From: Phoronis australis
Taxonomy: Eukaryota > Animalia > Phoronida
Assembly: GCA_002633005.1 (NCBI GenBank)
Contig: NMRA01000855.1
Location: forward strand, 5,129-69,128
DNA: 64,000 nucleotides
Reading direction: 5' to 3'
Part shown: positions 1 to 11,937 of the stretch, in pieces
Layout of the letters: every line of letters begins with the position of its first letter
How positions within the stretch are numbered: position 1 is the first letter of the stretch
The notes under the pieces: generated by a model
What the model saw: only the letters and a program-made list of their open reading frames with translations
The model's database searches: none
Told to the model about the DNA's origin: nothing
Made by a program: the position numbers and the translations under genes

Positions 1-178
1 GATGCCAGCTGACTTAATCTCTGTGAAATCAGTTTAATAACCATAGATTATGAAACAAAAACCTGTTCCTATTAGGAAAATAATTTCACAATTTGATCCT
101 CACTGTCTGGAAACACCTCTTTCTAACCACTTATTTTTCTAGAATTTCAATAAATATGGTTTCGAACTAGAGAATATA

Positions 179-1569
179 CCGTAATCGCCGTAATAACCGC
201 CCAGGGCGCTTAGAAAAGTTCTGTTCAGGGGGCGCTTATTATAAACCCAAGCCATTGAAACCCGGTCTCTGAAACGGGTCAAATCGGAAGCTAAGATTCA
301 TCAAATTTACGATCTGTGACGTATCTGTATTCCATGAATGACTTCCAACAAAACTGTGGTGCATTGCTATCAAACTTTGCTGCAAAACTACTATCATTTT
401 ATAGAAAATTGTGCTGAAATTCCAGGGCGAAAACTCGCCGACAAACTGCCTCAAAATCGCCGTCTTCGATATGGCGACATCAATGCTTGAATAAAAATAG
501 TTTCGACTCGAGCAAATTACCTGAAATCCTCATTAAGTTTTCTAAGTAGCTTCCCTAAGATTTTTTTTTTTTAAGTTTCCGTGGAGTCGGGATCACAAAT
601 CTGCTGATATCGTGCCATCTATATGTATGACTGGCAACATGAAAAAAATGTCTGAAGGAATGTGTGTTCTTGTCACGTGACGTTTCTTTTTGAAGTTGTC
701 TGCATTTGTGAGTAAGCGAGTTCATTTGCCAGAGCAGAGACCGTCTTTTGGCCAGAGCCACGCATTCTAACGAGCTAGATGTGCAATGTATCTGAAGAAA
801 TTTGCACAAGCAGTAGGCCTAAACCAGAGCGTGTTTCATTCAGCACTTGCCGGTCTCATGTGCTAAAAACGTTCGACATTTGTCTCGGTAAGGCCCATAT
901 TAGTCGCCGTGTAGCTGGATGCGTACGTAACTATCTGACAGTTATTTTGCGGTGTAAGGGTGTGTAAGCATTGACTGTCAGTTGTCATCTGATCGGATAT
1001 TCGGCTTAAAAACACCAATTATGGTTAATCAAACAATCCATCTAAAAAATAACGCAAACGTGTTTTATAGTATTAGAAATTGTCGGAAATTAGTGCCAAT
1101 ATTCATTTCTTAACGATGCTATGCTACCCGTTTCATGAATGGATAGTTCCCGACTAATGCCTTTGATGACAGGTTCATATGTAGCGCGCGCTTTCTGGCC
1201 ACGTGCGTTTAACACCGACTTATCTTTATTTATGAGACAGTCGATGTGTCTACTGAAAGGTCAAACCATAGTGGGACACGGTCGTCGCGAGACTAGCAAT
1301 GCTATTGCGTTCTTTATGAAGCGCTGCGTTACCTTGAAGTGTATAGTCACGGCTAAATACAAACGTAGCAGTGCCGCTGGTGGTCTAGAAGACCCGTGCG
1401 GAAATTTTTCGATAAACTGAAGACGTTACTGTAGCCGAGTTTTAGGACTGTAGGTACGTCATTTTTCGCATGTACACGTTCATGGACTGGGCGCTTATTT
1501 CAGCTAAGTGTTAAAACGCGTGGGGGGGGGCGCTTATAGGGGCATGGGCGGTTCTTACGGTGAATACGG
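179..1569 (+). mobile_element. Non-autonomous Tc1/mariner-superfamily (Tc2/pogo-like) element, copy 1
   Basis: TIR CCGTAATCGCCGTAATAACCGCCC at 179, and GGGCGGTTCTTACGGTGAATACGG ending at 1569. TA on the left, CA (mutated TA) on the right. The whole element recurs inverted at 39325-40705. No transposase ORF. Confidence 0.85.
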
Positions 1570-2152
1570 CAAGGCGTTTATAATGATGCAAAATTTAGAC
1601 AATCGTGAGCAAAAAACTCAAGAGGCAATAAGAATCAAAGTCAAACTTTCTCCTAGGCCTTAGCAGGAACTGTCAAGCTGGACTATAAGTTACCTTTTTT
1701 TCTGGTGCGACACGACACCAAGAGAACTGATTTCAAGGATCACCTGAAGGGGTCAAATTTTTCAACAAATTCAGCATTCAAGAAGCCAGTTGTCTTGACA
1801 ACATGAGGAATATCGCGAATTTAAGCTACATTTTGCCCCGTTTAGCTGGTTTTGAGATGAAAATCGAATTGGTCTTTTTACTCTCAAAAAACCGGTCTTG
1901 TAATATACCTTTCCATGATAAAATTCTCTTTCCATTACCTACAACAACATCGTGACTGAAGAAAACACTTAAGGGTTTATTGGGGTTGGCCAACCCTTAA
2001 ACTGGAAATTTGAAAATGGCGCATTAGCACATTTCCTGCGACTTGGGCAGGTAATGGAAATGGCATCTTTACAGCTTTAAGTTTCATTATTAATGTCCAG
2101 TTTATGGTAGTTTCTGTCAATATCACATTTCATTGCAGACATCACAAAGAAG

Positions 2153-2282
2153 ATGAAAATGAGGCTAAGCGAGGTTTGCTTTGTGCTATTTGTGGTCCTG
2201 GGATGTATATCAGCCTACACACTACGAGACTTGTTTCAAGCTCTTGAAGACAAAGAGAACGAAAAGAAAAGCCAAGCAGAAG
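2153..2282 (+). CDS. Neuropeptide-like precursor A, coding exon 1 (signal peptide)
   Basis: Acceptor TTTCATTGCAG ends at 2138 and ATG is at 2153. Encodes MKMRLSEVCFVLFVVLGCISA (signal-peptide-like), then YTLRDLFQALEDKENEKKSQAE. Donor AG|GTAATT at 2282/2283, phase 1. Confidence 0.85.
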
Positions 2283-3181
2283 GTAATTGTAACAGAAGTC
2301 TGAGACCCTCCAAGCATTTACCAAACGTTCCTTGACTGGATTCAACATATGGTGTACCAGCTGCATTGGAAATTTTGTAATGCTCATCACACTAATAGTT
2401 ACTTCTATGATTATTTTTGTACAATAGTGAAGTAAGGTTACGTAGGGCCACATCGACACGTCTGTGTATTTATCCAAATACCTGTAAAAATATAGATTTC
2501 AAGTTAGTAAACGTACAGTATGTACATTTTGAAAGTAGAAAGCCTGTACAATTTGATTTTCAATTTTACAGCAATCTCCCATTAATTGGGCCACTTCACC
2601 AAGCCTTTTAAATAAAATTAAGCAAAGAAAGAAATGTACATGTGTAACAAATTAACGGTAACAAAAACATAACCAAATCTGGTTTGATATAAATGTCCAA
2701 GATAGTATCTTGAAAAAGCTGTTACAGTTTTCAAAATTATTTCGTTTTCCTTTCATACAACTCTGGATTTTTTCAGAAAATTCATAAAAATCACATCTAT
2801 TAATAGATGCTCAAGCAAAACTGAAACACTTGGAAATTGTTTTATAAAACAGTGCATGAAGCCAAGTACATGAAGGTTTCCTGTGAATTCAATAGACCAT
2901 TTATGAGTTGTGATATTAGCATTGGATACTTTCCCATGATCCTACAACACCTTCAAAAAAAAATCTTATAACTGAATCCCATCACTAAGCTGCTCCTTTT
3001 GAAAACTCGTTTTCACTAACAGAAATGTAATGATTATGGAAGATGTAACTAACAGTAACATGTATTTACCTTCACACCAAAAGGTAAGTTGAATCAATCA
3101 ATCAAGCAAATACTTAGAAGTTCAACAAGTGTACAAGTGCTTGAAAACTTTCAGCCACTGCTCTTCATTTTGTACTTTCAG

Positions 3182-3681
3182 CCGAGGTCAAGAAAGACAC
3201 TATTCCAGAACAATCAAATGTTAGTGGTAAGAATGACAATAGAGAAAAAGAACTTCTAGAAAAATTGTTGAAGTTACTTGAAGACAGGAAGAAGGCAAAA
3301 CAAGTTCTGATCAACAACAATGACTTGAAGAAAACTGTGACTGAGAAAAAGACAGTGACGCAACAGAAAGCGCTTAACAACAGGGACCAGTACTTTTCAC
3401 CAAGTCAGGACGTTCCGCAAGTCCGAAATTTTGGGTACTACCCGTGGAAGTTAAGACCTCAAGGCGTACCCCAAAAAGGATCGAATTTACAGCAGAAGCG
3501 AAATTGGGGAAAGTATGGGCGTGAGCTGCAGAACCTGAAAAGTAATGCGAACAGGGCATTCGGACCATCTGGCCTGGACTATAATCAAAGATATATAGAC
3601 GCATATGACAGAGATTATATAAGAAAGATGATTTATGAAGAAATAGAGAGATTGTTCTTTAGATCTAAGGATCGGCAATAG
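3182..3681 (+). CDS. Neuropeptide-like precursor A, coding exon 2 (N[FW]G peptides)
   Basis: Acceptor TTTTGTACTTTCAG ends at 3181. The phase-1 join is in frame with ORF 3265-3681. Contains R-NFGYYP, KR-NWGKY-GR, R-AFGPSG and the C-terminal IRKMIYEEIERLFFRSKDRQ. Spliced CDS is 630 nt (209 aa). Confidence 0.85.
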
Positions 3682-5691
3682 AGAGTATTACACAGCTAAG
3701 AATTGAATTAAAATCGACAATCAAAATACAAAAATTATTTTTGTAATTTCAAAAGCTAAGTTCTTTCAAGACCATAGCGAATTGGACACAGTCCAGTACT
3801 TTTGGAATTAATGTATTTTTCTTTACAAGCTTGGCTTTGAGGCATGTTTCCATTTTATATGCTTTAGCCAGATCTCAGAGATGTCTGCTGTTTAACAGAT
3901 CAAACTAAGAGCAGGCAGCTTTATGTCGAAACCTGACTTTCCGGAGGTCAACTTTATCAGAGGATGCATGAAAAACAGTACAATGTAGATATGTTCAAAG
4001 TGATCCATTCAGGATGTGAGGCTTGATCACTGTTTCACACTTTCGCCATAGAAATGTATGAGTGCAGAGGTCAGACGTCAAGGCAATGAACTAGACAGGT
4101 AGTAAGATTTTTTTAACTGAACATTATATAGAGTCAGTCATCGATTATCTTAAAGCAGAAAAGCCCATGTATTAGGTAGACCGGTAAGTCTCCCAATTCT
4201 TACATTATACCTGGTGTTGGGTAGAAGTCACGTACAGGGGTCCAGCACTTGAAAAACAGTTTTCTCTGAATTAAGTAGGTACCAAACTGGTTCTCAAAAT
4301 GCAGACACCTGTGAGTGACTTGTTGCCAACTGTTGTATATTTCTGACTCATGGGCGTGTACTCTCCTCAGAAACCTTTTTGGTGATTCCTAGATTTAAGA
4401 ACAATTAATGAGTATTTTTCAGTTATTTTGCACAAAATAATTCCCTACTGACCAGTTCTTCAAAGAGCAGCCGTGATACAACAGGTGCACGCATCAAGCC
4501 AGTTTTGGAGGTACAGCAATTCTTCAAGTGTTTAGCACATACTATGGCCAGCAAGTGAAATTCTATTTTGTCAAATTTCTCCACGGAAATCGTGGTTTGT
4601 ACTGTAACTGGTGGTGAATTTCCAATATTTTCAGCGCGACCAGCCTTTGAAGATTGGAAAAATGGCAATGTTGGCAAATATTTTTGTGGGGAAAGAGAGG
4701 AGAATTACCAATTCATAACATACATCAAGTTGTATCCACACTTAACTCTACCAGATTGCCATGGTGTTAGATTTTAATGGTGCCATATTAGTCAGAACTT
4801 TGATGTTCCACTAAGGCTCATGTGTATTACCGTAAACATTCGGGTTAACGCCCTGGGTGGTTGAATTGGCAAACCCAAAAAATCGGGGGTGGGCGGTTAA
4901 CCAGACATGGGCGCTTAAAAGTGAAATTTCAAGAAATCCAGAGTGGATGGTTAACGGAACATGGGCGCTTATTACGACACGCAACCGCCCTGGGCGGTTA
5001 ATCTTACCTCGTGATCTATGTCCCCGCACCACACAGAAACTCGGAAGGCGTAGCACTGTTCAAAGAGCGCTATCGTCATGTCGCCAAATGACGGGAAAAA
5101 TGTCATAAAACCGGATGATCCCAACAAAGGTTCTGGTGCCCTCAGATTAGTTATTCACAATTAAATTTACAGAATTGCTGAGTAATAGCCCCGTGCCGTC
5201 CTGCGGTCTTGTTACTTTGCCCTGTAGAGTGCAGACGACCAGAGACCTGGCAGCCTCTACGAGGATTGCAACTATTTCAAGATCTGACCTTGCTAAAGTG
5301 TGCGAGTGCAAGCTTCATGTGCTACAGAGGTCATAACAGACATCAAATTTATGGTTACAGTCTCGTACTAGCTGTCAAGTTCATAGTCAGAGAGCAGTTT
5401 CAAAATTAGTTGTAATAAAAGTTTGAAAAACTTAATTCAGATGTTTTTTTGTGTTTGGGATGTTTATAGTCGACACTTTCAGCGTATGGTTCTAGGGCTA
5501 GCAGCTTTATCTCGATCGCCCGGCATTGCTCACTTGCCGATGCGCCAAACATGCTCGGCAAAGAAGTAGGCATAAGACAAGAATCGGGGTTAAGCGGCCG
5601 TGAGCCACTTGTCAAACAGGAATAAAATTTCGAGCCAAGGCATAAATATGTAATAAAACGACACAAAACAGCGTTTTCAATTCATTCTTAA

Positions 5692-6794
5692 CCCTTTCAA
5701 CACCGCAGACCGCTTAAGCGGTCTCTGAAACTTACCTCCATTCAACGCTGTGGACCGCTTTATCGGTCTCACCATACGCCGAACTTCCAAGCAACAGAAT
5801 ATTTGATTGGTTGATTACGGGAATTCTTTTGTGTACGTCACAAATTTAAATATACCCTTACCTTCATTTCTAACAGCTTTTCTGATTCGTTGCTGAGATG
5901 TAACGGGAGTTATTGAAGGGGTTTCTAAGAATTGAGATCGACTCGCGAAAACAAAATGTCGGCCGACGGCGATTCAGACGTAAGCTTTTCAAATGACGAA
6001 ATTGGCAAAAATGTGTATGCTTTTTACTTAATTAATATACAAGATAATCCAAAAAGGAATTCTTATATATCTGGCCAGATTTTGTTAATTATTAAGACAA
6101 AGAAGTTGAATTACATGGCTTTGAACCGGAGGAAAACTTTACAGGTCGCGAATTTCGCAATTGGGTCAAACAAACGCCGTTGAACTCCGACAACTTCGCA
6201 AATTTTCTGAAAAATGTGGAGTCTTCTAGAGTGTACGATGGTTCTGATAAGCAAGTTGAGTACTTTAAAAATTTCTATATTGATGAAATATTAGGTGAAA
6301 TTGTCAGGGTAATTAATTTGAACGCCCAAACGAAGCGCGAGTCACAACCGGAAGTGGACAAATTTGAATTGTTGAATTTAACGTTCGCCTAATTTAAGTC
6401 ACTTTATGGCCTTCAAATGTAAATAGAAGATGTGAAATATGATCGAAAATGTATCTTAAGAAAGAAATTTTACTGAAGAATATTGACGACACTCACTCAT
6501 AAATCATTTTTATTCTTTAAACGATACATTGAATTTGCAAATTGGCAAACAAACACCGGCATTTCAGGTGTTACTTACCTGCATCAGGTGAGAGACTGAG
6601 ATTTTTTACTTTTGGTGAAATTGTAGATAAAGTTCATTCTGTTCTCTACATTTTGGTGTATTACACTTTGAAATTCAATGATAAATGGATTGTTTATGGA
6701 ATTTTGAAAACAAGCACCTCAGTTCAGCCCATGTGTGCTAAGTTACTTGGGGTTCAGGGACACAATGGCCGACAGTTACTTGGAGTTGAAAGGG
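5692..6794 (+). mobile_element. Internally deleted piggyBac element with transposase N-terminal relic
   Basis: TTAA|CCCTTTCAACACC ... GGAGTTGAAAGGG|TTAA (TSDs at 5688-5691 and 6795-6798). The relic peptide YFKNFYIDEILGEIVRVINLNAQTKR (ORF 6180-6392) resembles the PGBD N-terminal F..F.+.DE++..IV..TN.YA motif. Confidence 0.8.
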
Positions 6795-7414
6795 TTAAAC
6801 GATCACCTTACCAAACTTCGTGGTGGAAAAACATTTATTTTTCATGCAAGATGTCCAGATTATCCTATTTATATCAATTGCAATATCACACTGCAGCACT
6901 GTTCGGTCCCGCTGTTAGCGACCAATGTCTCAGTTGGCTGACAATCGTGACTTGGAAATGCTTTCAAGTACACATAGTGTACCTAATTATCGGACGGAAC
7001 CTAAATATCGGACATTTCATAGAATCTTACTTGAAGCATAATCTGAGAATTAAATGACACCAATTTTTGTTCCGTTGTAATGCATTCAATGTCCAGATTT
7101 CATTTTATGGATAATTTTGTTGCAAATGGACCTGGGTTCTAGCAGCATATATGTCAAAACACTCGAGCTGAAATTTGGCGACAAGGTGCCCGCGGCCATT
7201 ACATGGTTAGTCAGTTTTCCGCGGTGTGGCATATGGAGAACCATGGTGTCCGATATTTAGGTTCTCCGAAGGTTTGGTTGTTGTGTTTTTTGAAGATCAG
7301 TCGGAACATAAATGTGGCTTTCAGTGACAAGATATAGTAACAGAACAATTCCGTGAAGGTAAATCTTTATTTCAGAAAAGAATTTACAACAATCCGTAGT
7401 ATTTTCAATTAAAT

Positions 7415-9420
7415 ACAAGAGCAACGCGGAGCGTTGAAATGCGCCCACAATTGCACCGCATACGGTATCCTTCTAGGGTTGTTTATTGGTACCATAAAGT
7501 GGCCAGTAGAGGGCATACTTTGCAAAATGGAAAGGCATGGTCATTGTCTCCTCAATAGGCTAGGGGCAAAATGTGAGTAATCTTCATAATACAAGCACAT
7601 CCTATACACCAGTTGCTTAAAGCACCACAGAAACATAGAATTAAAAACAAATTTACCAACATACGAGATTAGCACAGCATTAGAATGCCAGAAACAAATT
7701 TCTACTTGGAACTTTTCCTTCACAGTCACGAAGTAACACAAAGTATACACCTGAAGACCTATGAAAATACAGAGGTCAATGTAAAATACTAAAATTGCCA
7801 CTAGAGGCAAATACTAAAATTGCCACTAGAGGCATACCGGTAATCAGAATCATCCTAAAGTCGTCATCGTCCGTTGTCAACATCACATAAATACACTTGC
7901 TAAATTTAGTAAAGATCCTGCAAACGGTTTGGGAGATACAGCCATGGGCGCAAAAAAACAAAACTGCCACTAGGAGGCGCCACAGTAGTCCAAATCGTCT
8001 GAAAATCATTGTCAGCTGTCTTCCTTATAGTAAGCACATACACGCCAATTTTCACAATCATCCTTTGAGCGGTTTGGTTGATAGAGGGGTGGACGCAAAA
8101 ATACAGACTCGAAAACAGTAAAAATGGCCACTAGGTGGCGCAAACTACGTCGAATCCATCTGAAAACAGTAGGATAGCGTCATCTCACTAATAGGTGCCT
8201 ACATACCAAATTTCATGAAAATCCGTTCAATACTTTTGAAGATACAAAGGTAAGCGTAAAAAACTAAAATTGCCACTAGGGGGCACACCGGTAGTCGGAT
8301 CCGACCAAAAGTCGTCATCTTCCGTTGTTAACATCATATAAATATACTTACACAATTTGTAAAGATCCTGCGAACGGTTTAGGAGATACAGCCATAGGCG
8401 CAAAAAAACAAAACTGCCACTAGGAGGCGCCACAGTAGTCGAAATCGTCGGAAAATCATCGTCAACCATCCTCTACATAGTAAGCATATACATGCCAATT
8501 TTCACAATCATCCTTTGAGCGGTTTGGTTGATAGAGGGGTGGACGCACAAAAACAGACTCGAAAACACTAAAAATGGCCACTAGGTGGCGCAAACTATGT
8601 CGAATCCATCTGAAAACGGGAGGATAGCGTCATCTCACTAATAGGTGCCTACATACCAAATTTCATGAAAATCCAATAAGGACTTGTGAAGATACAAAGG
8701 TAAGCGTAAAAAAATTAAAATTGCCACTAGGGGGCACACCGGTAGTCGGATCCGTCCAAAAGTCGTCATCTTCCGTTGTTAACATCATATAAATATACTT
8801 ACACAATTTCGTAAAGATCCTGCGAACGGTTTAGGAGATACAGCCATAGGCGCAAAAAAAAAAAAACTGCCACTAGGAGGCGCCACAGTAGTCGAAATCG
8901 TCGGAAAATCATCGTCAACCGTCCTCTACATAGTAAGCACATACATGCCAATTTTCACAATCATCCTTTGAGCGGTTTGGTTGATAGAGGGGTGGAAGCA
9001 CAAAAACAGACTCGAAAACAGTAAAAATGGCCACTAGGTGGCGCAAACTATGTCGAATCCATCCGAAAACGGCAGGATAGCGTCATCTCACTACTAGGTG
9101 CCTACATACCAAATTTCATGAAAATCCGTTCAGGACTTTTGAAGATACAAAGGTAAGCGTAAAAAACTAAAATTGCCACTAGGGGGCACACCGGTAGTCG
9201 GATCCGTCCGAAAGTTCGCACATGCCGTCCCATTCATGAATGGAACATATGTGCCAAATTTCATGAACGTATGTCAAAGGGTTTTGGAGATAGAGCAGCG
9301 GACGCCGGACGCCAGACGCCGGACGCCAGACGCCGGACGCCGCCCGGACGGACGGACGGACGGACGGACGGACGGAGATGACGGCATAATGCGTCCACAT
9401 ATAAATATGTGGGCGCATAA
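7415..9420 (-). mobile_element. Helentron-associated non-autonomous element (HINE; DINE-1/pearl-like) with internal tandem array, copy 1
   Basis: Subterminal IR ATGCGCCCAC/GTGGGCGCAT, terminal hairpin CAACGCGGAGCGTTG, and a (GACG)n microsatellite at about 9300-9375. Three ~451-bp internal units start at 7821, 8271 and 8722 and end at about 9173. Confidence 0.8.
7821..9190 (+). repeat. ~451-bp tandem repeat x3, each made of three ~150-bp subunits headed by GCCACTAG(G/A)NGGC
   Basis: TGCCACTAG anchors at 7821, 8271, 8722 and 9174 (spacing 450, 451, 452). Confidence 0.9.
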
Positions 9421-11937
9421 TAATACAAAATGTGCCAAAACGTCCGATAATTAGGTCACTTGACTGTAATATACCGGTAACGGCCTCTTTCAATATGCGT
9501 GTAGTTTTTTATGGCGAAAGACAGCGGCGGGATTCAACACACATGTAGGGCCTACGTGTGACTCACCTGTCAATCACATGTTGGTGTCAAGGTAACATGC
9601 ACTCCAAAGTGTGGGAACTTGTGTGCACCACTACAAAGTCACACATCAAAAGAGAATAGCGACAGTCCTAAGTAACAAAAACGGGCGTGAATATGTACTT
9701 TTAAGCTGTTGTTATGAAAGACCCAGTTCTTTACGACATTCCTCCGTTGCCAATGTTCTCCAAAACTGCGATGTCAAGTCTATTACGATATTTCCCGGCT
9801 CGATACTCCCTAAGCCCATGCCCGTAGCTAGCTGTGTGAATCTCCTATCCACCATCGCCAATTTTCAGTCAGTCTAAGTCGTAGATATTTTCAGATTCGA
9901 ATAGTAAGAATTTTTGTTCAGGCTAAACCACCGACTCGGAGGCCCAGCGTCGTTGCACTCATTGTGATCATCAATCTTTTTCTAAGTCAGGGAATCGCGA
10001 GTTTTCTTAGCAATGGGCGCTAAATCTTCATTCTTTAAAAGACGGGTATGGACGCTTAACTGAGAGGTGGGCGCTTAACTGGAAATCTTCAAAAATCGCA
10101 AGGGGGAGCGCTTAACCGAGCAGAGGGCGGTTAAATCGAAAATCCACCTAAAGTAGGGGGTGGGCGGTTAACTGAGCATGGACGTTAACCCGAACGTTTA
10201 CAGTACATGTATGCAACAACACAGAAATCTAAATGAAACTTCAAGCAGTAACAAGATTGGGTACAGCAGTACATTTTTTGGTTTATCATACCCTGAAGCT
10301 TAAGGTACACGTCTACCACCGTTGATTTTTTCATTGCATTGACCATGATATTTCTTAAGACACATCATTCAATAGTACTAGGATTGTGAGATACTTGAGA
10401 CCACATCATTCAATGCCTTGTGAGTTAAAATACTTTTAGAAGTTTTGTACATTAGTTTCCGCTACGTGCGTGGATATATTGGGACAAAATTTTGTACCTA
10501 TGAATGACGTTTGGGTGAGGGAGTGTCTCCTTCGAACAGCGACATACCAGCTGTCAAAAATGAAGGCTTGTGTCGTTTTAATAATCTAGAGATTGAAGGC
10601 TCATACCTGAGACATAATTCCTTGTGTACTGACAGTACAGAATTTATAGTTCAAACACAAAGTTGTCTACTATTTAGGTTTTTTTTTTGAAATATATATT
10701 TAAGCCTGAAGTGATACTTTTCAAAAATGGCAGTAAAGTGACAAAGACATGACAGCACACTAATTATAAACTAGAAAGATTATTTTAACGGCGTAACAAT
10801 AATGGACTCTGCGCGTGCGTATTGCTGGATTTGTTTTGGGAATACTGACAGCAACCCGTTTACCAACATGAAAAAAAATTCTTTAAAATTGTAGGAGAAA
10901 TTACATGTTAATATTTTGATGACCTTTCCGCTAATTGAACTCTTCCGATGCATTATGAACCCCGATCAGGGAATAATTGTAAACTCGATTTAAAGTGTGG
11001 TTAATCATAAGAATCACAGATGTTTTACCTTAAGCACTTTAGAATACAAAATGAATGAATTGGTCAAACTTTCAGAAGAAAAAATGCACCTAACGACCCC
11101 AAAGGTGCACCAAATGACCTGAAAATTTAGAATTGAAACTCAATCGCATTTAGTACAGATATTAATTTTGAAGTCTCTAGCTCAAAATTTTAGTTTGCAC
11201 TCAATGACCTTTGACCTATTTTTTCTGATTGGTTTGGCCTATTGCGTAGTAAAGTAGGGTGTTCAACTGGCATGTTGACTTACACTAGTGTGCTGAAATT
11301 AAAAAGAATTCCTTGAAAAATGTAGGAGATATAAAATTTTGAACGTTAGATGACCTTTGAACTAATTGACCCAATCCGGTACATTATAAGCGTCTTTAGG
11401 AGAATTGTTGCAAAGCCCATGAAAGGTGTGTAATGCTGAGAATCACAGCTGTCTAACGGTATACTTGGTAAATGAAAAGGACAAATTTTCAGAAGAAAAA
11501 TGCACCTAATGACCCCATGGTTGCACTAAATGACCTGAAACTTTGTACTTCGAATTGAATTAGACGTACCAATCAGACTTGTGAATTTGAAGTGTCCAGC
11601 TCAAAATTTTAATTTGCACCTAATGACCTTTGACCTGTTTTATCTGATTGGATGATTTGATTACTTAGAAAAGTAATTTTTTAAATTGTCATGTTGACTT
11701 ATACCTGTGTACCGAATTTGAAAAAGATAGCTTTAAAACTGAAGGAGTAGCATTTTCAAAATTATATGACCTTTGCACCAAACGACCTTTTTGCGGTGCA
11801 ATATGGAATATGATTATATAACGAATCAAAATTTATGTACTGTCAAAATTCATATGCTGAATTTAAAGAATGTACCTGCACCCAATTTGGAGTTATTAAG
11901 CCTCAAAGTTGTTCGGAAGAAGAATAAGAATAAGAAT

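Larger units (their letters stand above)
6971..9466. mobile_element. Mariner/pogo-type MITE, nested; itself interrupted by a HINE
   Basis: Left end TA|CACATAGTGTACCTAATTATCGGACG and right end CGTCCGATAATTAGGTCACTTGACTG|TA share the inverted core ACCTAATTATCGGACG. TA flanks on both sides. Confidence 0.65.
4830..10203. mobile_element. Tc2/pogo-like non-autonomous element hosting nested insertions
   Basis: TA|CCGTAAACATTCGGGTTAACGCCC at 4830 and GGACGTTAACCCGAACGTTTACAG|TA ending at 10203. Subterminal GGGCG(G/C)TTAA repeats at both ends. Confidence 0.75.

Noticed and set aside
6542-7057. 171-aa ORF, the longest in the track
   Set aside because: It runs across a piggyBac end and into another MITE, and has no recognisable protein features.
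7821-9190. Regular repeats resembling a CRISPR array
   Set aside because: The intervening sequences are themselves repeated, the context is eukaryotic, there are no cas genes, and the array is internal to a HINE.
9173-9493. ORFs with RTPDA/GRTD and VRPS repeats
   Set aside because: These are translations of the (GACG)n microsatellite of the HINE.
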